In this document: positions 50,891 through 64,000 of the stretch, one piece after another
How positions within the stretch are numbered: position 1 is the stretch's first letter
Layout: each line of letters opens with the position of its first letter
Notes under the pieces: generated by a model
Seen by the model: the letters and a program-made list of their open reading frames with translations, nothing else
What the model was told of the DNA's origin: nothing
Databases searched by the model: none
Source: Phyllosticta citribraziliensis
Taxonomy: Eukaryota
Direction: 5' to 3'
Assembly: GCF_038025025.1 (NCBI RefSeq)
Contig: NW_027117343.1
Span: 1,922,001-1,986,000 of the forward strand
Length of the DNA stretch: 64,000 nt
Position numbers and translations under genes: made by a program

Positions 50891-52242
50891 TTATGGCTTT
50901 TTGAACTCTGACAAAAACAATTCCACGCCGTTTTCTGGCAGTTGCTGGCTCGTCGTAGCTCTGTATCCTGGGACGAGGTTCTTAAGCCTAGCTGGCGTGA
51001 GGGTAAAGATAACCTATCTCGAGCTACCCCTCACGCGGCTAAAGCATACCAGGGCGTGACGACATTATGGTTGGCGACTGGGCTAGCAAGCTCCAAGTCA
51101 TGCCAGGCTGCCGTAGCGAGGTTCGATAGGGCTCGCGAACCATGGAATGGACATGAGACGGCGACTGGCGGCGGGTGGAAGCAAACCAAGGGTCTGGAAA
51201 TCGTTGCTGGATCGGTCGGATCTCGTCGGTCGACGATGCAGGAGTCAGTTGGACGCCTGGCGTCTTCTACAAGACATTCTGGAATGGGTGATCATCGCAG
51301 GAAGGGCACCAATGGAGTGGTGTATACAGATGAGACCAATGTTGTAGAGTCGTGGTGTTGAGAAGCGTGGCAGGGAGAATGGGCCGGCGGACGGAATGGA
51401 TGGCGTCCGAATCTCCGCTCGATCTCCGAGACGTTGCAGTAACGCCGTTTCATTCAAACAGGCGGGCGAGACCTCATTGTCCACTTTTTGAAAGTCTCGG
51501 ATGGCAGCTCTTCGTCGAGGTCCACCTGGACGGACGGCATGTTCCTCTCGCGTAGGGATACCAAAGCAGGGCCGTAGGGGTGTGGAATTGAGCAGAAGCG
51601 ATGGGGCAGGTCGGGACAGTCAATCTGATACGTAAAGCGAAGGCGAAGGGCGGGCAGAGTAACTGGGTTAGGAAGTGAGGTGACGTAGGGAGGCCATTTT
51701 GTCGCAAAACGTGCTCTGGATGGGGTCGGCGGCCCAAGCGTAAAAAAAGTTATCTGATCCGTGTCGATCAAATATCAGGGAGTCTGATGGCTGCCATCGG
51801 CCGCCGTAAATGCGGTGTGGCGAGGCAGCGCGGTGCGGTGCGGTGCGGTGCGGTGCGGCGCGAGTTGGGGGCGAAGGGGACGAGGATGAGGACGAGGACG
51901 AGGACGAGGACAAGAGGTGCTGTGAATGATGAGAGCATGAGGCACATTGTTCCTGTAGTATCTGATGGACTCAACCCTCCCTGCATGCGTCGGTGCAGTA
52001 GAGTCATGGCGTCTTCGCGACGAGTTACGAAGCCCGGGCAGCTTGAGCTAGGACCCGGGCTGGCAATCCACCAGGGCGCCGGACGCTCAAGTCTGCTGGG
52101 AATTTCTTCACCTCGAGCCCCTCTGCCCTGCCGCGTTAGGTTGAACAACCACCTTGTTGCATGAGCTTCAGCCGCCAAAACCTCGACTTCCCTCACCCCG
52201 CGCTCCCCAACGCGAGCCACAGCGACATCGGCTGCCCCGGCC

Positions 52243-54877
52243 ATGGCTCACAGCACCTCTCCCACCAACGGCACCCACTTCGCCGCCTTCCACTCGCACT
52301 CAAACAACAGCCCGCCCACCCCGCGCCATGGCCTCAAGCGTTCCCAGTCGACCGCCGGCTTCGAGAGCTCGCCCGGCAGCCTGCACGACGACGACGACGG
52401 CCAGTCGAGCGTCAAGAAGCAGGCCCAGAAGCGCGCCTGCAACGAGTGCCGCCAGCAAAAGGTCAATTCCCTCCGTCTCTGCCTACATGTACTTTTGCCC
52501 TGCTAACACCCCGCAGCTGAAATGCGACGTCGTCCAAGACCCCTTCACGCCCTGCTCGCGATGCAGGAAGCAGAGCCTCACATGTCAAGTCTCGGCCAAT
52601 TTCAAGCGCATTGGCAAGCGCAGCCGTCACGCAGAGATGGAGCGTGAAGCCATAGACCTCAAGGCTAGAGTCAAGGAGCTGGAGGACCGGGAGATGCAAC
52701 TGCGCCAGCAGCTCGCGTCGCTGGGTGTGAGTCTGACTCCGTCGTCCGGTTTTTCCGCCGCACCACCACAGGCCATGCCCGCTCACGACAACACCCAGCC
52801 GTCAATGTTTCAGAGCTTCCTCGGCGCACAGCAGCAGCAACAACCGCAATACACCGGAGGATCACACGACGAGGCCGTCTCTTCGCTCGTCAGCCTCAAG
52901 CACGGCTTTGGCGGCGGCACCTATGAGTCGGCCGGTCGAAACCACGCGTACAACTTGGGGCCCGTGTACGTCACCGAGCAACAGGCCGAGGACCTCTTCG
53001 CCGAGTACTTTGCCAACTACCACCCGTTCCTGCCCCTGCTCGATCCGAACCAGAGCGTCGACACGTACATGATCCAGTCCAAGCTCTTGTTTTGGACCAT
53101 TCTCGTCGTTGCTGCGCGGCACTACCCCAAAGACCGCAACTTCCAGGACGACCAGAGACTGATCCACAAGTTGACCCCCGCCTACCGTGCGCTCGTTTGG
53201 ACCAACATTTCCGAGGTGCCACAAAACTACCATGTTGTCAAAGCGCTATGTCTCTTGTGCACGTGGCCGCTGCCAGCGAGCAACACGACCGTTGACGAGA
53301 CATTTATGCTCTCGGGCGTCATGATGCATGTTGCGATGCACCACGGCCTGCATCAGCCTTCGCACGCCCAAGACTTTTCGAGGACCCACGTCCAGTTGAG
53401 GGACGAAGAAATCAAAGACCGCCTATCCACGTGGGCCGTGTGCAACACCGTCGCTCACTGGTAAGTCGTTATTCCCCTTCTGCAGCCACTGGTGCCAACG
53501 TGAAACAGTGTCTCGGTAGCCAGTGGGCAACCGTCGACCACCCTCTTCGACTCGGCACTGTCCTTTGAGCACGACCACATGGATAGACTGCCCGAAAGCC
53601 TCGTCAATCACGTCATGCTCGAGCGCTCGGCCGCCAGAATCACCAAAGCTCTGTACAGCGATTCAGGGAGCCGATCTTTCTACGACGACAAGTCCATCCT
53701 CATCAGCTACGAGACGACCAACCTCAACGACCTCGAAGCTCGGCTGAGACATGTCAATTTCACTGGTAGGTATTCAGAGTATTTTGCAAACCCTGCCAGA
53801 CAAAATACCAATCTATTCATTTCCCCGAGTCTTCTCTACGTCATGCCGCGCAGCATCACCTCCATGTCCAAAGCTAGATATTCGACTGACCATTTAGAAT
53901 TCGACCTGCTCCATCTCCGAGCCGTACGGCTCAACCTGCAGCTCTACGCATTCTTCAACAAGCAAGAGCACGGCTGGCACCAGGATTTGCTCAATCTCCT
54001 CCTGGCCACCAACGTATTCCTCGAGTCCATCTTCAGCCTCGATGAAGCCGGCACCCTGCCTTATACCACCAACTACATCACGCAAATGATGGTGGCATCC
54101 GGCTTTACGCTGCACCGACTTCTCAACTCCAACTTTGCCAACACGATCCCTCACCCTCAGCTCTCCGCCTCCCGATCCAACTTTACGCGGCTCATCAATT
54201 GCATCCGCAACACCTCTGTGCGAGGCAACGACCTCCCGCAACGTCTCGCCGAAGTCCTGGCCCAGCTGTGGAAGGCCAGCGGCTCGGGAAACCCCAAGCA
54301 TGCCGATGTCGAAGCCTTCCGCTCCGCCCACGGCGGCAACAATGGCGCAGGCGACATTCAGCTCAAGGTACGGTGCCGGATGAGCATGTCTGTCGTCTTC
54401 GACTCGCTATGGCACTGGCGCGAAAAGTTCCGAGGCAAGGTCAGCAACCTGGACGCCGCAGTCGCCAATCCCACCGACCCGGACACCTCATCCTCAACGA
54501 CGCCCGCTCCTCCAGGCCGCGGATCCAATGCATCCGTGTCGGGCAGCGAGCAGCACCAACCACAAACATCGGCACATGTACATCAACCGACGCCTCTCGG
54601 CGGGCCGTCATCGCTCCTCAGCGCCGTCTCCTCCGCCGCACCCACCTCGTCCATCGTCGTGCCCACCTCCTTGCCAACGTCGCTGGATCCAAACCTGCCA
54701 ACCCTGTCACTGCCGACCATGAACAACAGTCTGAGCATGGGCAGCGCGGACCTGTCGAGCAGCAACGGACCGGCTGGTCCCGGCCCTTTTGCAGACTACA
54801 CGACCGACTTCTTCGACCCCATGAGCAGCATCCTGAACGACCCCATCTTCTTTTCGGACTCGGGATACCGCTTCTGA
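52243..54877 (+). CDS. leuB: Zn(II)2Cys6 transcription factor, LeuB/Leu3-like, multi-exon
   Basis: KRACNECRQQK|LKCDVVQDPFTPCSRCRKQSLTC..NFKRIGKRSRHAEMERE; fungal TF middle region YHPFLPLLDP; C-terminal LKVRCRMSMSVVFDSLWHWRE. Introns near 52462-52516, 53461-53508 and possibly 53766-53898. Confidence 0.85.
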
Positions 54878-56376
54878 TCTGATGGGCGCGGGCCGTAGAT
54901 GGCGGGGTATTGTAATTGGGCGCGAAAATAATTAGATATGAGGCGACGTGGGCAGTCGAATGGCTTGGGCTGGAATGGATTTGATTGGCATATACGGAAA
55001 AGGCACGGATGCACGGATGGAATGGTCGGTCGGTTGGTTGGTCGGTTGATTGTTTTGGAGCTTTGATGATACCACGATTTTTGTTTTTCGCCCTTCTCTC
55101 TTCTCTTCTCTTCTCTTCTACATATTCTCCGTCTTCCGCGTTGTTGTCGCTTGGCGCGAAGCGATTTGACTGCGTACCTGTTTGTTGTACATCCATCCAT
55201 CCATCCATGGACGGCGCGCGGCGCATTTACGTTTTTTTTTTTTTTTTTTTTTCCCTGGCGGCGTTTGCTGCTTGTTCAGTTCAGTTCAGTTCAGTTCAGC
55301 TCGCACTTTTTACATATATCACTCACGGCCTCGTCTTCTCTGCGCGCGCGCCGCATACGGTATCTTGCAGTTCGTTACCTCTCTACTCTACTCCACCACA
55401 GTTCACTTCACGTCTTCATTCATCAGATGTTTTCCTTTTGAGCGGCGCGGCGAGACGCGGTGGGTGCGTTTCACGATGCGATGCGGATGCGGTCATGTCC
55501 CCCGCCCGCACTTCCACACCTGCAGGGCATTGTGGCATCGGACGCACCTACGCACACCACCCATGCAATTCAATCTTCGCTTTGGACTCGTCTCCTCTGA
55601 GCGTTTGACCCGTTGTATTTGCGTTGGTAGCATTTCTTTGGCATTTTTTCCTGCCTAGGTTCGATGATGGGCTTGCGTGCGTGGGGGGCCGACGGACAGA
55701 CGGACGGACGGGATAGGTAGTAGCCAGTTAGCTAGCTATGCATGCATGCACTGTCGTGTCGGGTCGGCTGCTAGTTACTTTAGTTACTCCATACCTACTT
55801 ATGTAGCTGAGCTGGAAAACGGTCCGCTGACTGCACTGTGATCACTGCAAACACGTGCATAAGAATATGGGTTCATCAATTCATGCCGTTCGTGCCCTTG
55901 CCACCCACCACCACTGCAAAAGGAACCGAAAAAATAGGACCAAGGAAATTCGCCACGTTGGCTATGTACGTGTCTGCCATGTCTGCCTCCCAGCCCTTGC
56001 GGGATTCCCAATCTGGTGAAAATGAAAGGAAGAGGAAGAGCAAAGCCAAAGAGAGATGGATGAGTGATGGATGTGTGTGTCGCCAGGACAGCACCGTGGG
56101 TAAAAGACGCGAGGCAGGGGAGGGAGGGAGGGGGAAGGGGTAAATATACAAAGACCAACGAATGAGCGAACGGACGAACGCCAGGAAATGCCACGACGAA
56201 CGAGACGACGCGCCGGCGCCAAACGACTAGAAGCCAAACAGCCCAAGCGAAGACGCGCGCGCTATGCAATGCCAATGCGAAAAAAAAAAGAGGGAGACGG
56301 TATCCAGCCCACGCAGTCCAAATCCAAGCCAAGCCAAGCCAGCCCAATGCTACGGCCGGCGAGCCAGTCGCTCAGC

Positions 56377-57933
56377 TCACACCAAGACGGCAGCGGCAGC
56401 CACAACGGCCAGCACGACGAGCGTCGACGGGAAAGCGGCGCGCGCCGCAGCCGCGCTGCTCTTCTTCTGCTCTTCGCCGTCGTGGTCCACGTAAGGAGTC
56501 ATGGAAGCCTTGGCCTTTTGCGATGCGTCAACGCAGGCCGCCGCGTCGCAGGCGCCGGTCGACGACGAGGCAGCGGGCGGCGCGACGGGGTGGAGGTAGC
56601 TCATGCCGGCGCCGTCGGGCGAGGACGAGGACGACGAGCTGGCCTGCATTTCGGCGCCGATGAAGGGGACGCCGGGCAGCGGTTGCGGGCGGCGGCCGAC
56701 GATGCGTGACTTGAGGGTGGGCGCGGCGACAGTCGTGTTGCTGGAGGCGGGTGTAGCTGCTGCGGCGGCGGCGGTCGCCTCCGCGCCGGCCGTGACGGTC
56801 AGGATTTGCGTGATGTACTCTGTGGCGGCGGGGGCGGGGCTGCCGGTCATGGTGACGGTGACGGTGGCCGGGCCAGCGTTGTCACCACCTGCTTCGCCGT
56901 TGCCAGCAGCCGGAGTGCTCTTCAAAGGCGCTGACGAGGCGACGGAGCTGGGGGTCGAGGCGTCAGAGGTGCTGGGAGTCGTGGCGGCCGGGGCAGGCGA
57001 AGAGCCAGATGATGTCGAGACAACCATGCCCTTCCATACGTCGGTGGTGAGGGCGGTGCGCTCCTTGAACCAGCCCGGAGCCGTGGATTGCGGGTCCTGC
57101 TGCTCGAGCTTGTACTGCTGCTGCTCGCTATTGGCCGCAAACGTCTTCACCTTGGCTGCGTTCGACACGACGTTGACATCGGAGCACGTCGTGTACCACT
57201 CATCCTTGCCGTCAGGGAGGCCGGGGTCCATGTTGGGAGCCGTCGGCCACTGCCAAACCCAGTAGAGAGCATACTTGCCGTTGGTGAGGTCCTTGGGGAT
57301 CTGGACGTCCGTCTCGCAGTACTGCTCGTTGTTGGTGCCGGGCTGACCGGGAATCGGGTCCGGAAACTCCTTTTGGCGCTTCGTCGAAATGGGGCTGCTG
57401 TTGATCTGGTAGCAGCGGTTGTCGTCGTAGTTTTGCGAAGTGAGGAGCTTCCCGCGCTTGTCGCCGCCGCTGCCGTCAGTGGTCCACTTGAGGACGTCCA
57501 TGATCTTCTCGTCGTCCTTGGGCTCCAGAGTGCCGTAAATGAAGACGGTGCCACCCTTTTCAGGCTTGCCGATTTGGTTGTCAGGCAACGAGACATGGCC
57601 GTTTTCGGCATACTTCATGGCGACGTAACCTCCAGGAGCGACGTTCAAACGGGGCCACTTTTCCGACTGGGTTTGCTTGCGTTGCGAGTCCCGGCAGAGC
57701 AAGTCTTGTGAGTTGATGCGAGTTCTACCGGATTCCGCCGTGGGGAGGAGGTACTGTGCCTTGTCGCCACTAAAGCCAGGGTCGGTGCGCGCCAAGTAGT
57801 TTCGAGGGTATCCATAGTTGCCGACGTAGCTGCCGTTGGTGCTGATGACGGCCAGTTGCTCAATCCAGGTGTGTGCGCATGCTTGGGCGACGAAGAGAGA
57901 GGTTGCAATGGCGCTGAGAGAGAGAGTTTGCAT
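56377..57933 (-). CDS. Secreted, probably GPI-anchored protein with predicted mature N-terminal His (DUF7492-like / LPMO-like)
   Basis: Signal peptide ending AQACA followed by HTWIEQL; ENGHV; YWVWQWP; EWYTTCSDV; Ser/Thr/Ala-rich stalk; hydrophobic C-terminal tail. Confidence 0.85.
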   Translation of the reverse strand: MQTLSLSAIATSLFVAQACAHTWIEQLAVISTNGSYVGNYGYPRNYLARTDPGFSGDKAQYLLPTAESGRTRINSQDLLCRDSQRKQTQSEKWPRLNVAPGGYVAMKYAENGHVSLPDNQIGKPEKGGTVFIYGTLEPKDDEKIMDVLKWTTDGSGGDKRGKLLTSQNYDDNRCYQINSSPISTKRQKEFPDPIPGQPGTNNEQYCETDVQIPKDLTNGKYALYWVWQWPTAPNMDPGLPDGKDEWYTTCSDVNVVSNAAKVKTFAANSEQQQYKLEQQDPQSTAPGWFKERTALTTDVWKGMVVSTSSGSSPAPAATTPSTSDASTPSSVASSAPLKSTPAAGNGEAGGDNAGPATVTVTMTGSPAPAATEYITQILTVTAGAEATAAAAAATPASSNTTVAAPTLKSRIVGRRPQPLPGVPFIGAEMQASSSSSSSPDGAGMSYLHPVAPPAASSSTGACDAAACVDASQKAKASMTPYVDHDGEEQKKSSAAAARAAFPSTLVVLAVVAAAAVLV

Positions 57934-60501
57934 GATGGCGGGTTTTAAGGAAGCGAAGGTAGGTGGAGGGTCGGTTTGAAGAAGTAGTTTGGTGGAGGAG
58001 AGCCAGCTCGTTCCAAATTCTAGAATGTCGTGAAGAGACTGTTCTTGATATACTGTGAATGTTCGAAAGTGAAAAGTGAAACAGTAAAAGTGAAAATCAG
58101 GTTCACGTCAATATATGCGTCGAGGGCCAGCACGACAAGAAAAGTAGAACAATGCCAACAAGGAGAAAGAAACAAAGCGTATTAGGTGGTAAATGGCATT
58201 GTTTGACACTGACGAAACAGGGCCGAGGGAGACAAACGGCGGAGGACAAAGGGCGGTTGCGCCTCATGGGGCGGATGTATGAGGCTTAAGAATGGACAAA
58301 GGCCGCCCGTCGAATCACGTCTGTCGGAGAGACAGTCATGGGGGCCAATGGAAGCCGAGCATGCGGTGCGACTGTCGACCGATGTGAAGTGCTCCTTTGA
58401 CCACAAGACAGCCCGACGACCGCCGCCAGGGAGATTGCCCCGGCCTCGGAGCGGTTGCCCAAAGACCATGCAGCTTCTCTTCTCTCGTCGGAAAAACTGC
58501 ACATGGACCCTGGTCCGTACAGAAACATTGAAACGGCGCTCCAGATCGGCTGATGTTGGAGGTTCAAGACCAGGAATAGGCGGCCCGGCGGACTCGGCCA
58601 TGTCTGCACTTGACCATTGTAAGATGAGCTCACGGCTAGACTCGACCAAAATGAGGCTCTCCGGACGAAGCGAATGGCCTGAGCAGCATCATCCTGGGAG
58701 AGGCCGTGAAGGGCAGCGGGACCAGTGGCTGTCAGTGTTTGTCAAGGACGTCGTGGCAGGAAGCTGGCGCGGTTCTCAAGACACAGCAGGCTGCAGGGTG
58801 CGTGCGGATCATCTTTCATGTATCAGAAGTGTATGAAAAGCGGCAGACGGGCAGAAATTGCAGCGACGAGCAGTGGACTTGGTGGATGCAGGTGGTGTTG
58901 AGGGAGCGAGGTTGGCCGTGGCACCAGCGCGTAGCCGCCGCCGTGGTTTCAAGCGGGTAATTTTCGCTTGCACTGATTGGCCACGGGAGCACCAGTCGCT
59001 CGTGGCAGCCACGCCGCCTCCTCTGAACTTGTCATCGGCGGCGACTCAACCTCCAGGCTTCCTGGACTTGTTCAAACCAGCAAAGCTCCACCATCAGAGA
59101 CGATTCTGGATCGTCTGGCACCTTTGTTGGGCGAAGGAAACCAAGGACTTGGCTCCAAGAGGATCAAGACGTGCAGAACGCTGACCGAATAGACATGCAC
59201 CATTATCGACCAAGACAGTCTCGAACGCCAACATCTTCACCGCCCAAGCTCAGCGTCCAAAATAGCAGCATGCTTTGTTTTGGTGCGCGTCGGGGGCTGC
59301 CGTTGCCGCCAAGGCGTCCACTCTTTGTCCTACGTTCTCCAAGCGGGGGGCAGATAGGCGCCGGCCTGCCATGTCCATCATCTGCGAGATACACGAGACG
59401 GCTCGGGTGCCTCTTCTTGAATTCGGGATGCGCGTATACATAGCAGGCACGGGAAACAGTCAAGCTTTTCCTGCAGGACAGGCACCCTGGAGATTTTCAG
59501 CGCTTAAACAGATTAAGCCCCACAGCATTTCCCACGCCCTTTGTGTTTCCCGCGCTGCTTGTTATGACGTTTGCGAGCCGGCCAAAGAGAGGTGGTATAT
59601 ATTCCTGAGGCAACATCCGTCTGAGAGCAAGACACGGCTCTGCGAGTGTTCTCGCTGACAGCGCTTAGCTACGTTCACGTTTCTGTCGGAGCAGGACAGC
59701 TTTCGCGTTCGGGGCAGTCAACTGTGCTTCACGACGCTTTCCGTGGAGCCTCGGTTGATGTTGAATGAGTCGTTCCCGAGATGGATCGACAAAGAGCTGT
59801 CATGATTGATGAAGATTCTGCCATGTGCTCATCGTGAAGCGTCTTTCCAGTCTTCGCTTTGGACTTTGCATGATTTCGACACGTCCGATGGCATGTTTCC
59901 GTGGTCGATGTGTCGCGGATGGAGAGTCGTCGGGTCCCTCATGCTTCTGATGACGTCGGCTTGGCCCAAGGTCGTCGTCGAAGAGGTGGCCAAGATGTTC
60001 CTTGCATGTCCAACGCGTGATGGCAGTCAGGCGGAGGGCGAGGGCGGTGATGACGATTCTCTCCAGCAACCCGACGTGTCTCAGGGTCTGAGCGCGCTAA
60101 CGCAGGTCCCCCGCGCTAGGCCCAAAGGGGAAGCGTGCTTGTTCACTTCCCCGGAGAATTCCTCGGTCGCTACGATGCGGCAGGCTGCCTCGAGACCGAG
60201 AGACACTGGCAAAAGGGGCCAAAGAATCTGGTATGAGACATGGACTCGACTTCAAGGAACTGAGTAGAGAAAGGCCGCCGGGTTGGACCGAGGTGGGTGG
60301 GTGACGAGGTGTGGATGCGGTGGTGGGCGTGGGTGTGGGTGGGTGGGTGGATGCCGGGGCAACGGCCGGCCAAGGACAGGGGTCCCACTGCGCGCTGGCC
60401 GATGTTGGTTCTCTTCAACAGCGACGACCGACGGCTCTCTTGAAGCTGCACACGACGACAGCTGCCTCATTTTGTCCTCCCACCTCCCACCCACCGACAA
60501 A

Positions 60502-63500
60502 ATGCTAGACGGGGCCTCATCCATATCCGTTTGCGTCCGCGTCCGCCCATTCACCATCAGAGAGGCCGCCCAGCTCGTCAAGACCGACGATGGTCCGCTG
60601 TTCCTCGGCGACGGCAGTCTTGCAGCGGCGCCCCCCAAGCTCCATTCCAAAGGCTTGCGATCCGTTGTCCGGGTCGTCGATGATAGATGTCTGTACGTAC
60701 TTTCCGTACATCATCTTGGCCCTCTCCGTCCTTCACGACACAAACACTTGGGTGCTGACTGCTGTGTTTACTTTCAGAGTTTTCGATCCCCCAGAAGACA
60801 ACCCCGTCCACCGCTTTTCCCGCTCCGTCGTACCACAAGGCAAAAAGGTCAAAGATCAGACCTTTGCCTTCGACAAGGTCTTTGACCAAAATACCACCCA
60901 AGGCGACGTCTACGAGGCTACCACGAAACCACTGCTCGACAATGTGCTGGACGGATACAACGCGACAGTCTTTGCCTATGGCGCGACTGGATGCGGAAAG
61001 ACCCACACAATCACGTAGGTGACTGACAAACCACGACTCTTTGGGCCGTCTAACAAGGGCAGTGGCACACCTCAACAGCCGGGAATTATTTTCCTCACCA
61101 TGCAAGAGCTTTTTGAAAGGATAAACGACTTGCAGGAGACGAAAAAGACTGAGATTTCACTTTCCTACCTGGAGATTTACAACGAGACAATTAGAGATCT
61201 GCTGGTGCCAGGTGGCAGCAAAGCAGGGCTGACACTGCGAGAGGATGCAAACTCGACCGTGTCAGTTGGAGGACTCTCGAGCCACCACCCCAACAATGTG
61301 GGTAGCTCCCGAGACATACTCGCCTCATCGCTAACTGTGACGTAGGTCAACGAAGTCATGGAAATGATAATGAGGGGCAATCAATGGCGCACAATGTCTC
61401 CTACCGAAGCAAACGCAACATCTTCTCGTTCGCATGCCGTTCTCCAGATCAACGTGTCAACAAAAGATCGCAACGCCGCAGTAAACGAACCTCACACCAT
61501 GGCCACTCTCAGCATCATCGATTTGGCCGGCAGTGAGCGTGCTAGTGCCACGAAGAACCGCGGCGAGCGTCTTGTCGAAGGCGCCAACATCAACAAATCG
61601 CTTCTGGCCCTCGGAAGCTGCATCAATGCGCTCTGCGATGTCCGCAAACACAGCCACGTCCCCTACAGGAATTCAAAACTCACTCGCCTCTTGAAGTTCT
61701 CGCTCGGTGGTAACTGCAAGACTGTCATGATTGTTTGCGTTAGTCCTTCGAGCGCACATTTTGACGAGAGCCAAAATACCTTACGCTACGCCAACCGGGC
61801 CAAGAACATTCAGACAAAGGTCACCAAGAATGTGTTTAACGTCAACCGCCACGTCAAGGATTACCTCAAGAAGATTGACGAGCAGAGACAACTGATTGAG
61901 GAGATGCAACAAAAGATGAAGGACTTTGAAGGCGCCTCTTTCGTCAAGTTCAAGAAACAGAGTGAGAAGAGGGAGGGAATCGCAAAGGACGGCATTGCCA
62001 GGATTCGCACGGCATTCGAAAACTGCGCTGCCGAGAAGCAAGAACGCGCCAACACCATGAGAAAATTACGGCAAGTTGAGCGCCGCATCTCGATGATTTC
62101 GGCCTGGATTGCTGGATTCGACGCAGTCTGCGAACAAAGAGAGGACGAGGAGCCTCCACGAAGCCTCATCGCCATGAGAAAGACAGCCCTGGGGATTCAG
62201 GCAGAGTTGGAGGCGAGCAGACAACATTACCACCAAAAACTCGCAAGAAGCGCATGGGATCGTGCTCTCGATACTGCTCTTCAGACTGGCATCCGTCAAC
62301 TTAGGGAGATTGACAGTGCCAACTGCGGCAGTGATGTTGCCAGCTTGATGAGGGAGGCAGAATTACTTAGGTCGTGTGCCGAAAGAGAGGCTTTCATGGC
62401 TGTTTTGGAGCAAGAGAGAGGAGGCGATGCGGCCGTCGTCCAGGTGTTGCTCCAAGCGCATTTTGAGACTGTCGCGATTCTCGGCCAAATCATGGTCATG
62501 AGCGAGGAAGATGCTGTCAGGGCAGCCAAGGAGATGTTGGGCAAGCTAATCTCTTCTTGCTCTGATGCGGCATCACAGGTAATCAAGCCGGAGGGTGGTC
62601 TCCCCGTTATAGAGGCTTTCCCGCCAACCAGCAAGGGCACACCAAAGAGGAGGAATCCAACCAAGTTGATGGGCCCATCACCGATGAAGCTTCCCGTTCC
62701 CGTTTGGAGCGAAAATCAGTCACCCTCCAAGGCCATGTCTTCTCCTCGCCGGAAAAAGTATGGTGCCCCAAGGAAAGGCGTCAAGGTAACGCCGAAGAAA
62801 TCTCCAACCAAGGTCGCAAAGCGTGGGGTGCGCTGGCGGGACGACGTTGAAGACGGCGCTCTTGCAGACTTTCAGGCCACGCCGCAAGCCCTTGATTACA
62901 CCCCGTCCAGCACTTCATCGCGCGCCGGCACTCCTCCGCTCTCAAGCATCCCAGTCCGCACGAGTCTCGATTCTTCTCCCATTCCAGCACCTCCTGACCT
63001 TGGCTCCCTCGACATTAAGCCCAGCCGCAACAGCCGCTTCCAAACCGGCTTCCTTTCCAAGGCGCGCTCCGGATCACCTCAATCTCTCCTCCCAGCCTTT
63101 TCGTCCGACTCGGACATATCACCACTCCGCGACGCAGAGGGCAGCAGGACCCACGGCCGCTCACCGTTGCACAACGTCGCCCTACCAACCACCTCGTCCG
63201 CCGATAACACGCCAAATGACTCGGACAAGGGCTCCGCGCCCAGCTCAGAGGACGAAAAGTCGTGGCTTGATTCCGTCTCGAAAGACCAGAACGCTGCTCG
63301 CAGTATTCGATCGGCCATGACGTCGATGCGTCGTAGCTCTAATGGCGGGCTGCCTGGCGGTCCCAGCCACCACAACCACCACCACAAGACTGCCTCAACA
63401 GGCAATATTCGCACGCGGAACGTCAAGTCGCCCCCACAGACGCGCCGCAGTAGTATTAGCAAAAACGGCGCGCCGGGCCAGGCGCCGCGGCGCGTCACGC

Positions 63501-63610
63501 TGAGCGAGGACCGCGGCCGTCCTGGCTTGGATGCGCGGGCGCTGCGGATTGGCGGGGCGAGAGCAGCTGGTGGTGGGAGCGTGAGGGCGGAGAAGGGCGT
63601 GTGGAAGTGA
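60502..63610 (+). CDS. kipB: Kinesin-8 family motor (KipB/Kip3-like), 4 exons
   Basis: SISVCVRVRPF, FAYGATGCGKTHT, SYLEIYNE, NATSSRSH, IDLAGSER, HVPYRNSKLTRLL and TLRYANRAK. Introns near 60693-60778, 61015-61062 and 61298-61345. Confidence 0.95.
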
Positions 63611-64000
63611 GATGAGGCGAGGCGAGGTAGATATTTGGTAGGAGGATGAAGTTCCCGCCGGTCTGTCGTCAACTCCTCTTTTTTTCCTCTTCTGCTTGCC
63701 TTTTCCTTGCCTTGCCCTCGTGGGCGTCGCTTCTTTTTATTCTTCGCGCCATGTCTTCTTTTGCCTGTCATCGTTCTCCCTTTCTTGCCTCTATTTGCTC
63801 TGGCACGAGCATGCGGGCGTGGCTGTCTGTCCATCCGTATGCTTGCTTACCTGCGGCTTGGCTTACCCTTGCTCTTGAACCCTTTCTTTCTTTTCATTAT
63901 CTCTCTTTCCTTCTACGCGTGCTTGCCAGACGTCCTCATTCCTCGCTCTGCAACGAGCGGGCGGCATTTCCAAACACATGTACGCAACACCATCCCATGC

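Overview
Eukaryotic DNA from a filamentous ascomycete fungus, judged from GT-AG introns with CTRAC branch points, GC-rich genes and microsatellite-rich intergenic DNA. About 15 genes can be reconstructed: a Myb-like protein, a DUF2235 hydrolase, a mitochondrial Bax-inhibitor-family protein, a Cys-rich secreted protein with a frameshifted tandem paralog, GH76, an AAA ATPase, APRT, RidA, Y14/RBM8A, a NACHT NLR-like protein, PEX2, a 6-phosphogluconate dehydrogenase-like protein, proline dehydrogenase, a LeuB/Leu3-type regulator, a secreted His1 LPMO-like protein and kinesin-8. The most striking feature is a ~6.9 kb non-coding stretch (29.55-36.45 kb) between RBM8A and the NACHT gene. It holds 12 back-to-back TATA-box pairs repeating every ~595 bp with little other sequence similarity between units. 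The spacers inside the pairs share CATGTG, TCACAAG and GTCAGG(GG) motifs, and most TATA boxes are followed ~110-155 nt downstream by a T-rich tract on their own strand. It reads as a phased array of up to ~24 short transcription units; that interpretation is inference. All gene calls come from motif recognition by eye, with no database searches run.
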